Shown here piece by piece: positions 47,763-61,170 of a stretch of 64,000 nucleotides of DNA (the stretch's first letter is position 1; every line of letters begins with the position of its first letter). The position numbers were made by a program, and so were the translations under genes. The notes beneath the pieces are model-generated. The model saw nothing but the letters and a program-made list of their open reading frames with translations. It ran no database searches and was not told where the DNA came from. The stretch comes from Podarcis erhardii (taxonomy: Eukaryota), in the NCBI GenBank assembly GCA_964252035.1, contig OZ176216.1, one strand, 5' to 3'.

Positions 47763-48856
47763 CCTTTTTTTTATATATATATATTTTTTATTGATTTTCC
47801 AACACAAATTTAAAACAAAATAACATACACACATAGACAAACAAAAACATATAAACAAGTATAATTTCAAATCCTCTTTTTCATAAACCTTCTTTCTCGG
47901 ACTTCCCCTTACCTCCCCCTCTCTGCATCCTTGTTTTAAATTTTTTCAACAACCCTTCGCTCCAATTAAATAATAACTTATTTTCTTTTTCAATTTCTTC
48001 TCCTAATTCATCAATCAATTACAGCTATAATTCTATTTTTTCCTTTCCCTTGACATTTTAGCACTCATCAATTTTACAACAGTTCTTAAGATATACTTTA
48101 AATTTCTTCCAATCTTCTTCCACCGTCTCTTTCTCTTGGTCACGGATTCTGCCAGTCATTTCCGCCAGTCCCATAAAGTCAATCACTTTCGTCTGCCATT
48201 CTTCCAGTGTGGGTAGTTCTTGTGTCTTCCAATACTTTGCTAAAAGAATCCTTGCTGCTGTGGTGGAATACATAAAAAAAGTCCTATCCTTCCTTGACAC
48301 CAGTTGGCCGACCATGCCCAAAATAAATGCCTCTGGTTTCTTATGAAAAGTACATTTAAGTACCTTCTTAATTTCATTATAAATCATTTCCCAAAAGGCC
48401 TTAATCTTTGGGCAAGTCCACCAAAGGTGAAAGAAGGTACCTTCAGTCTCATTACATTTCCAACATTTGTTATTGGGCAGATGATAAATTTTTGCAAGCT
48501 TGACTGGGGTCATGTACCACCTGTAAATCATTTTCATAATATTTTCTCTTAAGGCATTACATGCCGTAAATTTTATGCCGGTGGTCCATAACTGTTCCCA
48601 GTCAGCAAACATAATATCATGACCAATGTCTTGTGCCCACTTAATCATAGCTGATTTAACTGTCTCATCTAGTGTATTCCACTTCAACAACAGATTATAC
48701 ATTCTTGATAAATTCTTAGTATTGGGTTCTAACAGTTCTATTTCTAGTTTTGATTTCTCCACTTGGAAGCCAATTTTCCTGTCTTGATTAAACACCTCCA
48801 ATATTTGATAATAATGGAGCCAATCTCGTACCTTGGACTTTATTTTCTCAAAACTT
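47763..48856 (-). mobile_element. Young 5'-truncated L1/Tx1-type LINE
   Basis: 15-bp TSD AGCACTGGCTTCTCT at 47748-47762 and 48857-48871; open ORF2 C-terminus with CWKC..TFFHLWWTCP zinc knuckle; AATAAA and A/TA tail. Confidence 0.92.
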
Positions 48857-51800
48857 AGCACTGGCTTCTCTGCTGCCCACACCCCAAAGCTGTGCTCTCC
48901 TGTGCCTTGTAACAGCTTTGCAAAAGGCAAAAAAAATTCAACCCTCCTTAACAGCTAGGAATATCTTGCTACACAAAGCAGGCTGCATGAAGGCATATCG
49001 TCCTCACCACAAGAGTTTTGCACATGGGTGCAACCGTGCATGTGTGGCCTCCGTCCCCATTTGCTCAGTAGGGCAAAGAAGAGGCTCACGTGTGCCTTGC
49101 TATGTACAGAAAGGCAGAGAGCAGCTGGGAGTTTTGTTAGTCACGATGTCTCGAGCTGATGTTCTGGAGACTGGAGCGACCCTTCCAGCTGGTTTATGCA
49201 ATGCAGCATGAATCATGCCATCAACAAGCTCGGGGCCTATTATTAGATTAGGAAACTGCTGCCTCAATACAAGATCTGCTCATAAAGATCAGTTATTTTT
49301 TACCACAGTTCTCAACTAGGGGATGCTGGCCAGAGAAAATAAGAGGCTCTTTGCTTCTTAGGAATGCCTCTTCTCCTGCAGCTCAACTAACCTTTGACAT
49401 CCAGTACAGAACTTTGTTGTTGCCCGAGTTTTAATATTTGTCACTATCAGGAACTTGCAATAAAAAGCTGACTTTGCATGCTTCAATTAAAGCTTGGGCA
49501 CACCCCCTCCCCGACTTCTGAGCGATCACATTAATGACCAAAGAATCCTTTTGCAGCTAAGACCTGGAGCCAGTATTTCCTTCCTGCTAGTGACCCGGGT
49601 CCACTGATATGAAGCTGCCATTGACTCATCTAGTTTAGCATTGTCTACACTGACTAGCAGCAGTTCTTGAGGGTTTCAGGCAGGGTGACCTCTAGTGGAG
49701 GCTACTCTGTTAGGGCTAACAGGGCACAGCCTTACCAAGCTCTGACCTCAGCTAGTCTGCACCTGCCTACCTTTTTGCTTGCAACCAATCAAGAGATGTC
49801 TCTACCTGCCATTGGCTCTGGCTGCGCTGCCTGTTAGCTTTGTTTCTGCCCTAATGGTCTCAATGGGCATCAACCAGAACTGGTTCTCTCCTGACCCTAC
49901 CTAGAGTTGGGAGGGACTGAACCAGGGCCTTCTGCATTCAAGGCAGAGTACCAATGATCTATGACCAAATTTTCTACACCTTTTTCTCAGTGAGAGAAAC
50001 CTTCTCACTGCAGGGCTGCCCAAAGGAGGTCTTACTAAGAGAATCAGAAGTGTGTTTTACAACAGGGTGTATTCAGCCTAATGGGTGAAACATTGTGCAT
50101 TCCCTCAGGGCTGCCTAACATTATTAAGCATAACAACAAAGCAGCTGCATCTGGATTACGAATCAAACTGACAGACCCTGGAACACAAGCAGGGTGGGGT
50201 TTCTGGACCAGCACCAAATTCTGAGGAGGTTCCAGGTTGTCTCTACAGCAGTTCACACACCAGTTACAATCTATTGTGCCCACTAAGCTTGTGAGTCAGC
50301 ATGGCAGGCATCAGCTTGTGGTGCAAACATACCGCTCCAGCAGAGCTGTTGCCTCCCCCAAAATACCTACCCTCTGCTGTTCTATGGTTGCAGCATAATG
50401 TTCTCTCTTCTTGCAATACAACTTTTCAATCTCTCAAAAAGTATCAAGATAACTTACCAAAGAGTCACCCTCTTCAGACCACTCTATATATATATATATA
50501 AAATCAATGGGGAAGCTTTTGCTGGGTTGTATATACCACCTGAGGCCAAGGGTGTGTGTCCAGGTTTTAATGTCCCTTGTGGGGAAACACTCCCAACTGC
50601 ATAGAAAACTAACTCATCCAGAGAAAGCATTGGATCCAGAGGTTCGCCCTGTGGATTTCTTAATCTCAAAGAAGAAAAGGCGAAGGCAGCAAAATAACAC
50701 GCGATAAAATCTCACAGCTGCTGAAAAATGTGTTATCTATGGATAATCCTTTCCCCTTAACCCCACTGCCTGACACTTTCCAAGAGCCACTATGTCTGTT
50801 GATTTGCAGAGGTCAAATCACTCCCATCCCGTCCCTCCCCTCATTGGGCTCACTAGGGGACAGAAGTAATCTGGAGTTGGGGAACTAGAAGGGCCAGCTC
50901 TAATATTGGGTAGAGGGAGGAAGCTCGGGCAACACTCGGGTGGGGTGGGAAGGGAAGGGGGTGGTGGTGGTGGTGGTACTGGAGGACAGAGCTATGTGGA
51001 CCATGAGGTGTGACAGGTGCTCTTCATCCTGCCTTCAGGTACAGCAGAGGACATTGTCAACATTGAAAAGCCACCTGCCAGTCTGTGCATGGAAGGGGTT
51101 GTGAGCAGTAGAGGCTGCTGCATTAGGGGAAAAGGGGGCACTGCCCCAGCAACCTGTCTGCCTTCAACCTACAAGAGCTCAGGGTGGCTCCACTTTCATT
51201 GGCTCTGGCGCCACCTACTGTTGGTCTCCCTGCCTTCCACCCTACAGGCGTGAAATATGCAATTTGTCCTTCCCCCTCTCAGCAGAAGTTCTCGGGCCGG
51301 TCCTGAGAACCAGCCAGCACTTGTCCCCTTTGGAAAACACCCTATGCTCAAAACACACTAGGCCATTGGAATAAAAGGGGGAAATCCCACCAAATCCACC
51401 TTCACAGCACTTGAGAGGCCTTGCCTCCTTAGCACGGTCTTTCGTCACCCCCTGCCTGGCTTCCAGAAGGAGGAGCCTTGACCTCAGTTCGCCTTGGCAC
51501 CGCAAGGGTCTGCTCAGGGCAGGCTCTTTCCTGGGCTCGCTCCTGGCAGTAAACAGACAGCGTTGCGTCACCATCAGGCTCACCTTGTGACCAGCCAGCC
51601 GCCAGGAATGCAGCGACCCTTTCTCCAGGGAGCCTGAGGCCTTAGCGTTGGTTTTGGCTGCCTCCCAGTTGCTGCCTCAATCTGCGTTCAGAAGAGCTCT
51701 TGTTTCCCTCTGGATTCGCATCCGAGAGAGCGCTGTGACAACTTCGGCCCGCTCACTCTGCAGGAGAAAAACAGACAATCCTGCTCTCTGTCCACAGGTC

Positions 51801-52071
51801 ACCCTGCCCGGCTACCTCTCTCTGTCTGAAGCACTAACGTTGACTTTCCAGTGACGACCTCCCCTCCCTCTTTATGGGGGCGATGAGCTGGTGGGTGAAG
51901 CACGGAGGGAGCCGAGCAAGCTGCCTCTTTGCATTAATCCCCCTGCTGTTGCGAAGCCTCGCTGTAGATGGAAAGAATGAGTTCGCGCTGGGCTCGGGGC
52001 TGCAGCAGCTTGCCAGCTGGAAACAGCTCGCAGCGTGCAACTCGCCTGCTCTCTCACATAAATGACAAAGG

Positions 52072-52403
52072 GAGGAAGCTGCCTTATATATGCCGAGTCA
52101 GAGAACTGGTCCCTCCAGCTCAGCATTGCCCGCACTGACTGGCAGCAGCTCTCCACAGAGTTTCAGACGGGAGGTTTCCCCAGTCCTAATGGGAGTTGCT
52201 GGGATTTGAAAGCGGGGCCTTCTGTGGGCAAGCAAACCCTCCATTGCTGAGATATGTGGCCCTTAAGATGCAGGAAGCTGCCATTTACCAAGCCAGACCA
52301 ATGATGCATTTAGCTCAGCCTCACCAGCACTGACTGGCAGTGGCTCTCCAAGGTTTCAGATGGGGCATTCCCAGCCCTACCAGGTGACACCAGAGATTGA
52401 ATT
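52072..52403 (-). mobile_element. Two tandem tRNA-derived squamate SINEs
   Basis: aggaagctgcc..agctcag..cactgactggcag..ctctcca..gggatttgaa motif occurs twice. Confidence 0.65.
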
Positions 52404-52760
52404 AAAGATAAAGCGTAAAGGGACCCCTGACCATTAGGTCCAGTCGTTGCCGACTCTGGGGTTGCAGCGCTCATCTCGATTTATTGGCTGAGGGAGCTGG
52501 TGTACAGCTTCTGGGTCATGTGGCCAGCATGACTAAGCAGCTTCTGGCGAACCAGAGCAGCGCACGGAAACACTGTTTACCTTCCCGCTGGAGTGGTACC
52601 TATCTAACTACTTGCACTTTGACGTGCTTTCGAACTGCTAGGTGGGCAGCAGCAGGGACCAAGCAATGGGAGCTCATCCTGTCGCGGGGATTCAAACCGC
52701 CAACCTTCTGATCGGCAAGTCCTAGGCTGTGTGGTTTAACTCACAGCGCCAGCCGCGCCC
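52404..52760 (-). mobile_element. Sauria SINE inserted into an older SINE
   Basis: Full-length reverse copy; TSD CAG(A/G)GATTGAATT at 52391-52403 and 52761-52773. Confidence 0.9.
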
Positions 52761-55129
52761 CAGGGATTGAATTGGGGAGAAGCAAAAGCAGCGGTAGCCC
52801 CTTCCTTGCCTCTGCCAGGGGGCCACCACCTCTCCTTCCTTTAAACCATTGCTCAAATGTCCCTTTATGTGGGGAGCCCCTTGCATAAAATCCCTCATTC
52901 CTGGCACAAATTGGTATAAGGGTATTTGCCCATGTCTACTTCCCTGGCTGCCAAATGTTTGGAAATTTCTCGAGCCAGAGGCTTCCGGTTGCTAATTTCA
53001 CTGAACGGCACTTGGTGTTTTATTATACCTTTAATAGTTTATTCGTGGCATCGAGAATACCAGATTCACTTTTTGTTTCGTTCTTTAATAATGTGAAGAA
53101 GGGGGTGTTATGGGGATCGTACTGTGCTCCCCAATAAGGGCTTGCCATTTGCCTGACCCCTATTTTTCAAAACACAGTAAGTAATAAAGAGGTCTGGCAT
53201 GCATGTTAAGTAGGGAACAAATAGGGAGAAGGGGAGCTGCTCAACCTTCGCTGCTCCTCATGAGCAACTGTGATGGGATCCTCGCAGTGCCAGAATAAAT
53301 TCTCCTTGGTACCACCACAAAGAGAACGCTCAGCCCAGCCCTGCTGGCTGTTTATCAAAAATGCGCTTGTTTTTGAGGGGGAAAAATGTTAACAAAACAA
53401 GACTGGAAGGTTTTGGACTTTGAACTGGAACAAGGATAAATAAATAGCTGATAAAAGAGAGGCAGGAACAGGAGCCAGTGGGCTTTGAAGTGCATCGGGG
53501 GCATGAGGCAAGAATTGCAGGCCGAGAGCCGGAGAACACGCAGAGACAGGAATGATCATAATATTTTGTAACTGGTGGTACGAAGAACACCCCCCCCCCC
53601 ATATCCACATAATTCCTTGCTTTGTAGAGGTGGATGCCTGAAAGCTTACAACATTAAGATGACTTGGAAGGATACTGGCTTCCAAAGCATCCCTGGGAAT
53701 TTTGGTATAAAAGGGAGGGTTATTGTGAGAACTCTTGTTAGCAGAGGTGCTTGCATTTTCTAAGCAGCTGCAGTTCCCACAGGGTTCAGATTTGAAAAAT
53801 CAAACACTGATGTAAGCCCTTTGGAGAACAAGAAAGAGAAAATAAAAGCATACTGGCACAGAGAGGAATATATGTGTCGGACACACGTAATGTACGAATG
53901 GCCTTCAGAAAACGAGGGACTGCATTCATCAAGTCCAGGAGTCAAGTCAGAAAGAAACAGTGGCTGAATCCTACAGACAACCTCTTACCACAAAGTGCGT
54001 GTAAATTGCTTTGCAGGGTGGTTTTGTTTTGTTTTTTAAATCTGGATAACCAGCCAGAGTACTACTGGGCAGACCCATACCCCAAATTTATGTGGTAAGA
54101 CAGTGGGAATCACAGCATGCTTCTGAACAACTTGCTGGCTGAGTACTCATCCCAATTTGTGGGGAGATTAGATGAGGTTGCGTCAAAGCAAGGGTCGGCC
54201 TGCACTTTCCAAGATGTTTCCCACTCACTTCCCTTACGGTAAAAGTCTGATCATCAACCATCAACCGTAATTGTACAGCCGGGATTTGGCCAGTTTGTGA
54301 TGGAAACCCACACAAAAATAGCAACAGCCTTGGAACGCCCAAACGGAAGGGTGAGAACAGAAATATATCGGGTTTCCAACATGCTTGAAAGGACTTAATG
54401 TTATTAATGGATTAATGGATCCAGTATTTGTTTCTAGATAAAGCTGGCTATAAGGCTGTTTTGACTCGGAAAGTTTAGTCTGCCATTGTAACTCCACTTA
54501 CCTGGGAGAAAGTGTGCGTGCATTGTCCTTCCAGTCTGAAAGGCTGCTCCTTCAGGTAGTTGACTCTACCTTTCTACGATTCAGTGACAGGTGACATGGC
54601 TGCCCCCCCCCCATCCACCAGGGACAGCCAAAGCAGAAGCCTACTCACTCAATATGCCAAATGCCCCCCCCCCTTTGCTCACAGCAAGCCTGCAGAGGCA
54701 GTCACTGACTCTAAGGACAAACATGTTATGTTGTTTGGAGGGGTTACGATGCCAGCCGGGTGTTGTCCAAGATACCAGCCCCCACAGTGGCAAGAAAGGG
54801 AGATGACGGATGTGCACTTTGTTAAATTTCCAAAGAACGTGGCTTTGATAATAATAAAAATAATAATAAACCCGTTTCCTTGGCAACTGCTGATGTCAGG
54901 CTTGCTCTGGCAGGGAGTGTCGGCTGTGCGGACCCCTCAGAGCTTGAGGCTCACTGGAAGAAAGAGAGAGAAAAGCAAGTGTCAATAAATAACCCACCTC
55001 AACCGGCAAGTCACAAAACACTTCCTGGCCATTCACTGGTCTTGAACTCAGACCCCTCTGCCGATCCAAAGAGGCTCACTTGAGGTAAAACGTTTTAGTA
55101 GTTGTAAGGTGCTTATTGTCTTTGCAATC

Positions 55130-55615
55130 ACAACAGCAATGTGAGAGGTCATATATTCCTATTTTACAGACGCAACATTGAGGCCAAGAGACAGCAACTA
55201 GGTCAGTGGCCAAGAGCCCAGACTTAAGGGCAACTCAGGACAGATGTGGGCACGTAGCCTTTTCTAGTCTCCTTTCTAAGTTCACCTCCTCTGCTTATTC
55301 ATTATTGGCTTGCAGGCATATAATCTCCATCAAGGTTCACAGCCGGTATCTGGAAAATTGATCTCTTGAACTCTACATGTTTCAAGTCTCAGCCGTCAGA
55401 TTTGGGAGCTGGTGCAGCGTCAACAGCTAAGAGGGCAAGTTATGTATGAGTCGATATGTCTGCGCTTCAAACCTTGTGTCTGCTGTGAGCTCACCAGTGG
55501 GATTTTCTGTGTCAATTAAGTAACGCCCCCTCCACGACAGGGATGACTGTGGTCTACCTTACAGTGTTCTTGTAAGGTTTACTGAGCCAACACATATATG
55601 CTAAGAAGTGCTGGG
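55130..55615. mobile_element. Old MIR/CORE-like SINE remnants
   Basis: cctattttacaga..tgaggc and ctaccttacagtgttcttgtaagg cores; heavily decayed. Confidence 0.35.
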
Positions 55616-56217
55616 TTGAAAGGCTCTCCTAACACCTCCCAGTTACATCAACAACACAGAGATACCAGCGTTAATTGTGACGGGTTGATTCAGCCAGAAC
55701 AAGAATCTTGATACATGGCCAGACTGAATATCAACTGCTTTCTTTGCTTCTTCTGGGAACAACCCCCGCTGCTTCCAGTCCCCAGGTGCGTTGTGGCTGC
55801 TGCATGCAAGGCTGCAGAGATGGAGATTTATGCATTATGCACACTAATCCAAGTGTGGCTGTAAACGTAACCTGGGGTGGGGTGGGGGGAGAGGGGGCCG
55901 CAGCTTCTCTTCCTGCACAAGGTGACTGTGGGTCAGGCACTGGCAAGTGCGAGCAGAGCGTCTCCTTGGAGCCGTTGCCATGCCAACACATCTGCCTAGG
56001 TGATTGCCACTTGTTGAAGGTCGGAGATGAATTAGCAGCTGGAGGAAATGGCAAGGGGGAATGAGAGAGCTGAAGGGTTTAACACTCTCCAGCCAAAGGG
56101 TTTGACACCCAATTTCTCTTGCTAAAAGGTGCACTCTAAAGGAGCAGCGTCCCTTTCTCTGAGACTTCTACACTGCCTTGCAGATGCAAATTGAAGTGCT
56201 GTATAAGCAGATTGGTA

Positions 56218-56570
56218 GGGACGCGGGTGGTGCTGTGGGTTAAACCACAGAGCCTAGGACTTGCCAATCAGAAGGTCGGAGGTTCGAATCCCCGCAGCGG
56301 GGTGAGCTCCCGTTGCTCGGTCCCTGCTGCTGCCAACCTAGCAGTTCGAAAGCACGTCAAAGTGCAAGTAGATAAATAGGTACCACTCCGGCAGGAAGGT
56401 AAAAGGCATTTCCGTGGCTGCTCTGGTTTGCCAGAAGCAGCTTAGTCATGCTGGCCACATGACCCAGAAGCTGTACGCTGGCTCCCTCGGCCAATAAAGC
56501 GAGATGAGTGCCACAACCCCAGTCGGCCACGACTGGACCTAATGATCAGGGATCCCTTTACCTTTACCTT
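56218..56570 (+). mobile_element. Sauria SINE, full length
   Basis: gggacgcgggtggtgctgtgggttaaacc..ggttcgaatcc..ccctttacctttacctt. Confidence 0.92.
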
Positions 56571-57692
56571 CTATCCAGAGAGCCATCAGCCTCTAAAAGA
56601 AGAGAGGCCTGGGGGGGCGGTGTCAATCATTACTTGCTCCCCCAAAGCTGATATAAAGTAAAGCAGCAGCAGTCAAACACTGAGCTTTATGGATTCTTTC
56701 CCCAGGAAGCACAAATTCCGAATCCAAATTTGTTAGGTAATATTTAATATTGCTTTAATTTATTCTGCTTCCACAATCTGGGTTAACTAATAACTTGGAA
56801 GTTATCTGGAAACTTTTGAGGCTAGAAACAGGTGAGCAACAGAGATGTTTCCTTGTTATTCTCCGGGGTTAAATGAGAAAGAAGCGAGGAACAGAGATGT
56901 GCAGTCTTCAGGGTGCTGAATTTGGAAATGGGTGGCCGGCTGATTCTCCGTTTTTGCATGACCAGTCCTGAGATAAACAGAAAGCAGCCAGTGAAAATGT
57001 CTCTTGCCCAAGGTGTTTCCACGCTGAGCACAGGCAGATTTTGTTTCTCCAGGCACCTTCCCCCTCTTTTCCGCTCCTTTGAATTCGTACTCTGTACAAA
57101 AAAAGGAGAAAAGAAATATACTGCAGAAAAAGGCATCTGGCCTGTGCAGTTTTCTTTGCAGTAGGATGGCCTCAGCAGGGCCTCGCTGAAAGGGTAATGC
57201 ATACTCTGGCAATTTCAATGCAGGGTATTATTTACCCAGCTGACGTCATTCAGAGCACATTCTCCGCTTCCATTCTCTCTAGAAGCCTCCAGGATATAAG
57301 GCACCTGATCGTTTTACTGGCTTGAAAATGCTGGCTAGCCCTTTATATAGAGCACAGTGCATGAAGCAGAGGAAGGAAAGAGAGCGAGCGAGCGCGTCAT
57401 CTTGGACTATTTAGGAGAGTAAATAGCCTTCCCGGTTTAATTTGCTTCCTTCTATGCTCTTGTTGCCAATTCTCCCCCTCCCCAAAACTCTAGATGGATT
57501 ATTGCAAAAAAAGACAGGTTGCTACTATTTATGTTCCAAAATCTGAGGGAAAGGTTTCAAACAACTGACATGTCTGTCCCCTTCAAATGTAGACATTAAA
57601 TCGCTTTTTTAACACATGGAGGATTTTAAAAGAACTCACATGATATGGTCATTAACAATGATGTGTTCAGAGAAAGAGCTCAAGTCTACATA

Positions 57693-57823
57693 CTGTATTT
57701 TTCCATGTATAAGACTCAGATTTAAGAAAATGGGGGAGAGATGTATCCGTGTATAAGACACCCCCTAATTTTTGAATTCATTTTTTAGGGGAAAAACCTA
57801 GTCTTATACACAGAAAAATATGG
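57693..57823. mobile_element. pogo/Tc1-mariner type MITE (131 bp)
   Basis: TA-flanked TIR ctgtatttttccatgtataagact / agtcttatacacagaaaaatatgg. Confidence 0.8.
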
Positions 57824-59944
57824 TATTCTTGTTTCAGAGAAAAAGTCTCCTTCATCATTTTATCTTAAGAGCAACCTTCCAAAAGAGCAGTTGGTCAGGA
57901 TAGCAAGTGCATTTACAAAGCCAAACAGTATGAATATGACTGGTTTGTCTTCTTCTCGCAAGTAAGTTCCAACTAGGAATGTGTAGATAAAGCCTGTGCT
58001 CATCACGCCATATTTATATGCCAAGTTGGTGAAGGCTGCTCTAAGGTGTTCCGGAAAACCTCTGCTTGGCTAGCTTGTTAGTAAAATGAGAGCCTGTGCT
58101 TTACAAATGAAAACCCATAACGTATTGCAAATATTCCCCCATAGGCAAATGTATTGGTGGGAGGTATACACAGTGATTCACACACAGCCATCTTAAAAAA
58201 CCCCATCATCCACTGCAGCCAATGAATGGTGGAACTCCCTGCCGTAGGAGACAATGGATACCAGTGATAAAGCAGGACAGAAATGGGACAGGGGCATTGC
58301 TTTGCAATTAGTAGCCTCCTCAGGTCATGCCTGCCAATGCTGTGGGGCTAAAGGAGCCGCCATGTACACAGTTGAACTCCTGACCTGTTTAGCCTGCTAT
58401 AAATGTATGTTCCTGTGCAGATTACAAATGGTTAATATTTTCTTCCTTCAACTTCTCAAATCAGTTTCTTCCATCACACACATTACTGAGTAGAGAGACC
58501 TTAAGATTTTATATAACCACACACAGATGTTGTTGCTTATCAAATGTCTCAGATTTGCTAGACGTAGCTTCTGATTAGCGTATGACTTCTCTGCAAAGCC
58601 TGGCTCTGGCTTGCACTGAAAAACAAGTCTGAATATAGTCTTATTATTTTTTAAGTTCCCCAATTAATCTATGGAATCCATTTGCAACTCCCATCGTATC
58701 CGGCAAACAGAATTATTTATATCCTAATGGAGAGAAAGTACAAGAAAAGGAGAATCATTGCAATGACATCTTGTAATGTTGCTCCTGTTTTTCATCACCA
58801 TAATATCCTCCCCCCGATGTCAACAACAGAGCGTGAATTGAACAGGGCCGCTTGACATCTTGCTGAAGAAACTACTTTGGCAAGAAGGTGGTTTGCTTTT
58901 CATGTTACATATTATATATTCTGCAGAGTATATGTCTGCACTTCCCTGCCAGTGGTGGCACCAAAAATATATTAGGAGGGAAGGTCAGGGCATGGCAAAG
59001 GGAGAGAAACAGGGGTGAGATTTGCTCCACACATTAGATTTCTGAAAGGGAAACAATATATTTCCCATTAATGGTTTGATCCTAAAGGTAAAGGGGCAGA
59101 GGAACTCCCTCCTGCCCCAGTGCTAGCTAGGCATTCAGCCGTCTCCTAGCTTTGCTCTACCCCGGCAACTTGACAATTCCACAAAGACCGCTCAAAGTCT
59201 ATTGCAACTTAAAAAGCCTGGTTATTTTCCAGGGGTGAAGGTGTGGAGTCCCAAGAGAGAAAATGCCTCTGCAGTCCAGGACATCACTCCTTGCTCAGTC
59301 TCTTTCTGGCAGGCTGCCTGCAAAGTAAAAACTCTTCTCACTGTTTGCTTCCAGACCCAAAGGTGGCTGACTATTCTTACAGGACTTGGGAAGGAAGCCT
59401 TTTGAGAATCGGGTTTTTCAATTTGTTGCCTACAGGTGCGTGCAGAATCTCCTCCAGGGGAAAGGCTACCAAACATGGCATGCAAAGGAACAGAGAAGGC
59501 CACTGCAGCTCACTAATTTTTTTTTATATGTGTATATATATAAAAAAACCAGAAGGTCCATGTTCTTTATTTTGCATTAATACACGGTAATTGCTTTTAC
59601 AGAGTCCAGCATACCAACTGCATGTTGATTCTACAGATGGATGCGCCAAAAACCGGCGCTGACCAAACTAGTGCATTTCTCCCAAAGCGAAGACTAAAAC
59701 CCTTTTAACTCTTCTTAAAAAAATACATTAAAGAACGTACCACACACACATATTGCACTTGTCTCCATATGAAAAATTTGTTTAACCCCCCCCCCCGCCC
59801 CATGTACATCTCACCAAAGTCTCTTCAAAGGAACCTGTATTAAAACTAATAAAGCTAGTAATTGTTATACAGTAGTATACACAAATCCTCTAACAACAGA
59901 CATCAACAGCAGACTCGACAGAAGCGGCTATTCTGAAGGAGCAG

Positions 59945-59946
<2 letters not shown>

Positions 59947-59998
<52 letters not shown>
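59947..59998. repeat. (AG)n microsatellite
   Basis: Direct inspection. Confidence 0.95.
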
Positions 59999-60001
<3 letters not shown>

Positions 60002-61142
60002 CAGGCAAGTGCGCTAAGGATATGTAGAGTTAAGAAAAATGGATTCCTCTGTTGTAATATAAATGACAACAAATGTTCCGAAACACAAGCTGTTAAGCAG
60101 AAGGGGTTAGCTATGCCTGATATAGTTCAACATTCAGAACTTCTGCCCCATCTGCTGAGGTACAAAGCGACTGCCAAGGAAAGTGATGCTTATCACTTCT
60201 CTGCACCTGGATATGGAGCTACAGCCACCTCCTGAGGCTGGCTACAGGTTGTGCTCTGGGTGCCCCCGCCCCACCCAGGGGAAGGAAAAGCTGTGCAAGC
60301 CAAAGCTACATTATTCCTTGGTGGATCTCTGCTCTTCGGCTGCCCTCTGCAAGGACGTGAGCTGGGATCCTAACAAACCTTACTCCCCAGTCGCCACGGA
60401 GTAACGTCTTGCAAAGGAGATGCCAGCTCACGAATCTCCTGGGCGTTAAGTCAAGGACCACCAACATACAGTACCAGCGCTTATATCTTCCACGCACGAT
60501 GAAAGCCTCCTCCTATTGTGGGAAACAGCTCCGGAGACTAAGAACATGGAGGGTAGAATAGACAACACAAGGTCTGAACCTGGCGTCCAGCCCATCAAGG
60601 TTTTGGCTAACACAGACCATTGCTGCAATGCCCCCGGTGAAAAGCCTCTGTGGGTTGGACAGGGTCCAAAGGCTGAGGTTGCCTTCTCCACAGAGCAAAG
60701 GGGAGAGGAATGGCTGACCTAAGCTTGCTCACAGCACCACCACCATATGCAAACTGAATAAAGTAAGAGGTTAGCAGCTGGGTGGGCAGGTCTCAAGGGC
60801 CAGTGGGGGTTCCTCCCACTGCTTACAAGGAAATAAGGCAGTTGGCGTCAGCTTGGCTGACCTCTCCTCCCCACTCAAAGTGCATAGGATATAGCAGGAA
60901 AGGATTTCCTTGCGGGAAAAGCACCTTAAGTCAACGTGCTTCAGCAGTTTACAAGTCAACAGAAGGTTATTAATTCCTGGCTCGCCTCTCAAGAACCCAA
61001 AGGTCCCGGTTCCTAAGGGCAAGGATTGTCCACAGGAAGGAATTCCGCAAGGCAAGAGGTCTCTTCAGGACACAGCTCCTTGCTGAATCAAAGCCTGTCT
61101 CCAAGTCACTCATTTCTCTGAGAGTTCAAAACTTGGCTGAGG

Positions 61143-61170
61143 CGGGGGTGGGGGTGGGGGTGGGGGTGGG
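61143..61170. repeat. (GGGGGT)n tract, G-quadruplex forming
   Basis: Five G-runs separated by single T. Confidence 0.85.

Noticed and set aside
49685-49698. CTCF-like CCACTAGAGGTCAC (minus) between ALG9 and SIK2; partial matches also at 36410-36590
   Set aside because: Mismatch at a core G, and the site lies within repeat-derived sequence
51860-51910. LY..DELxxE peptide resembling PPP2R1B exon 1
   Set aside because: Too short, needs a 6-aa gap, and has no splice donor
52083-52093. CATATATAAGG TATA-like box on the minus strand
   Set aside because: It is a mutated part of the tRNA-SINE tail (gccttata..gagtcag)
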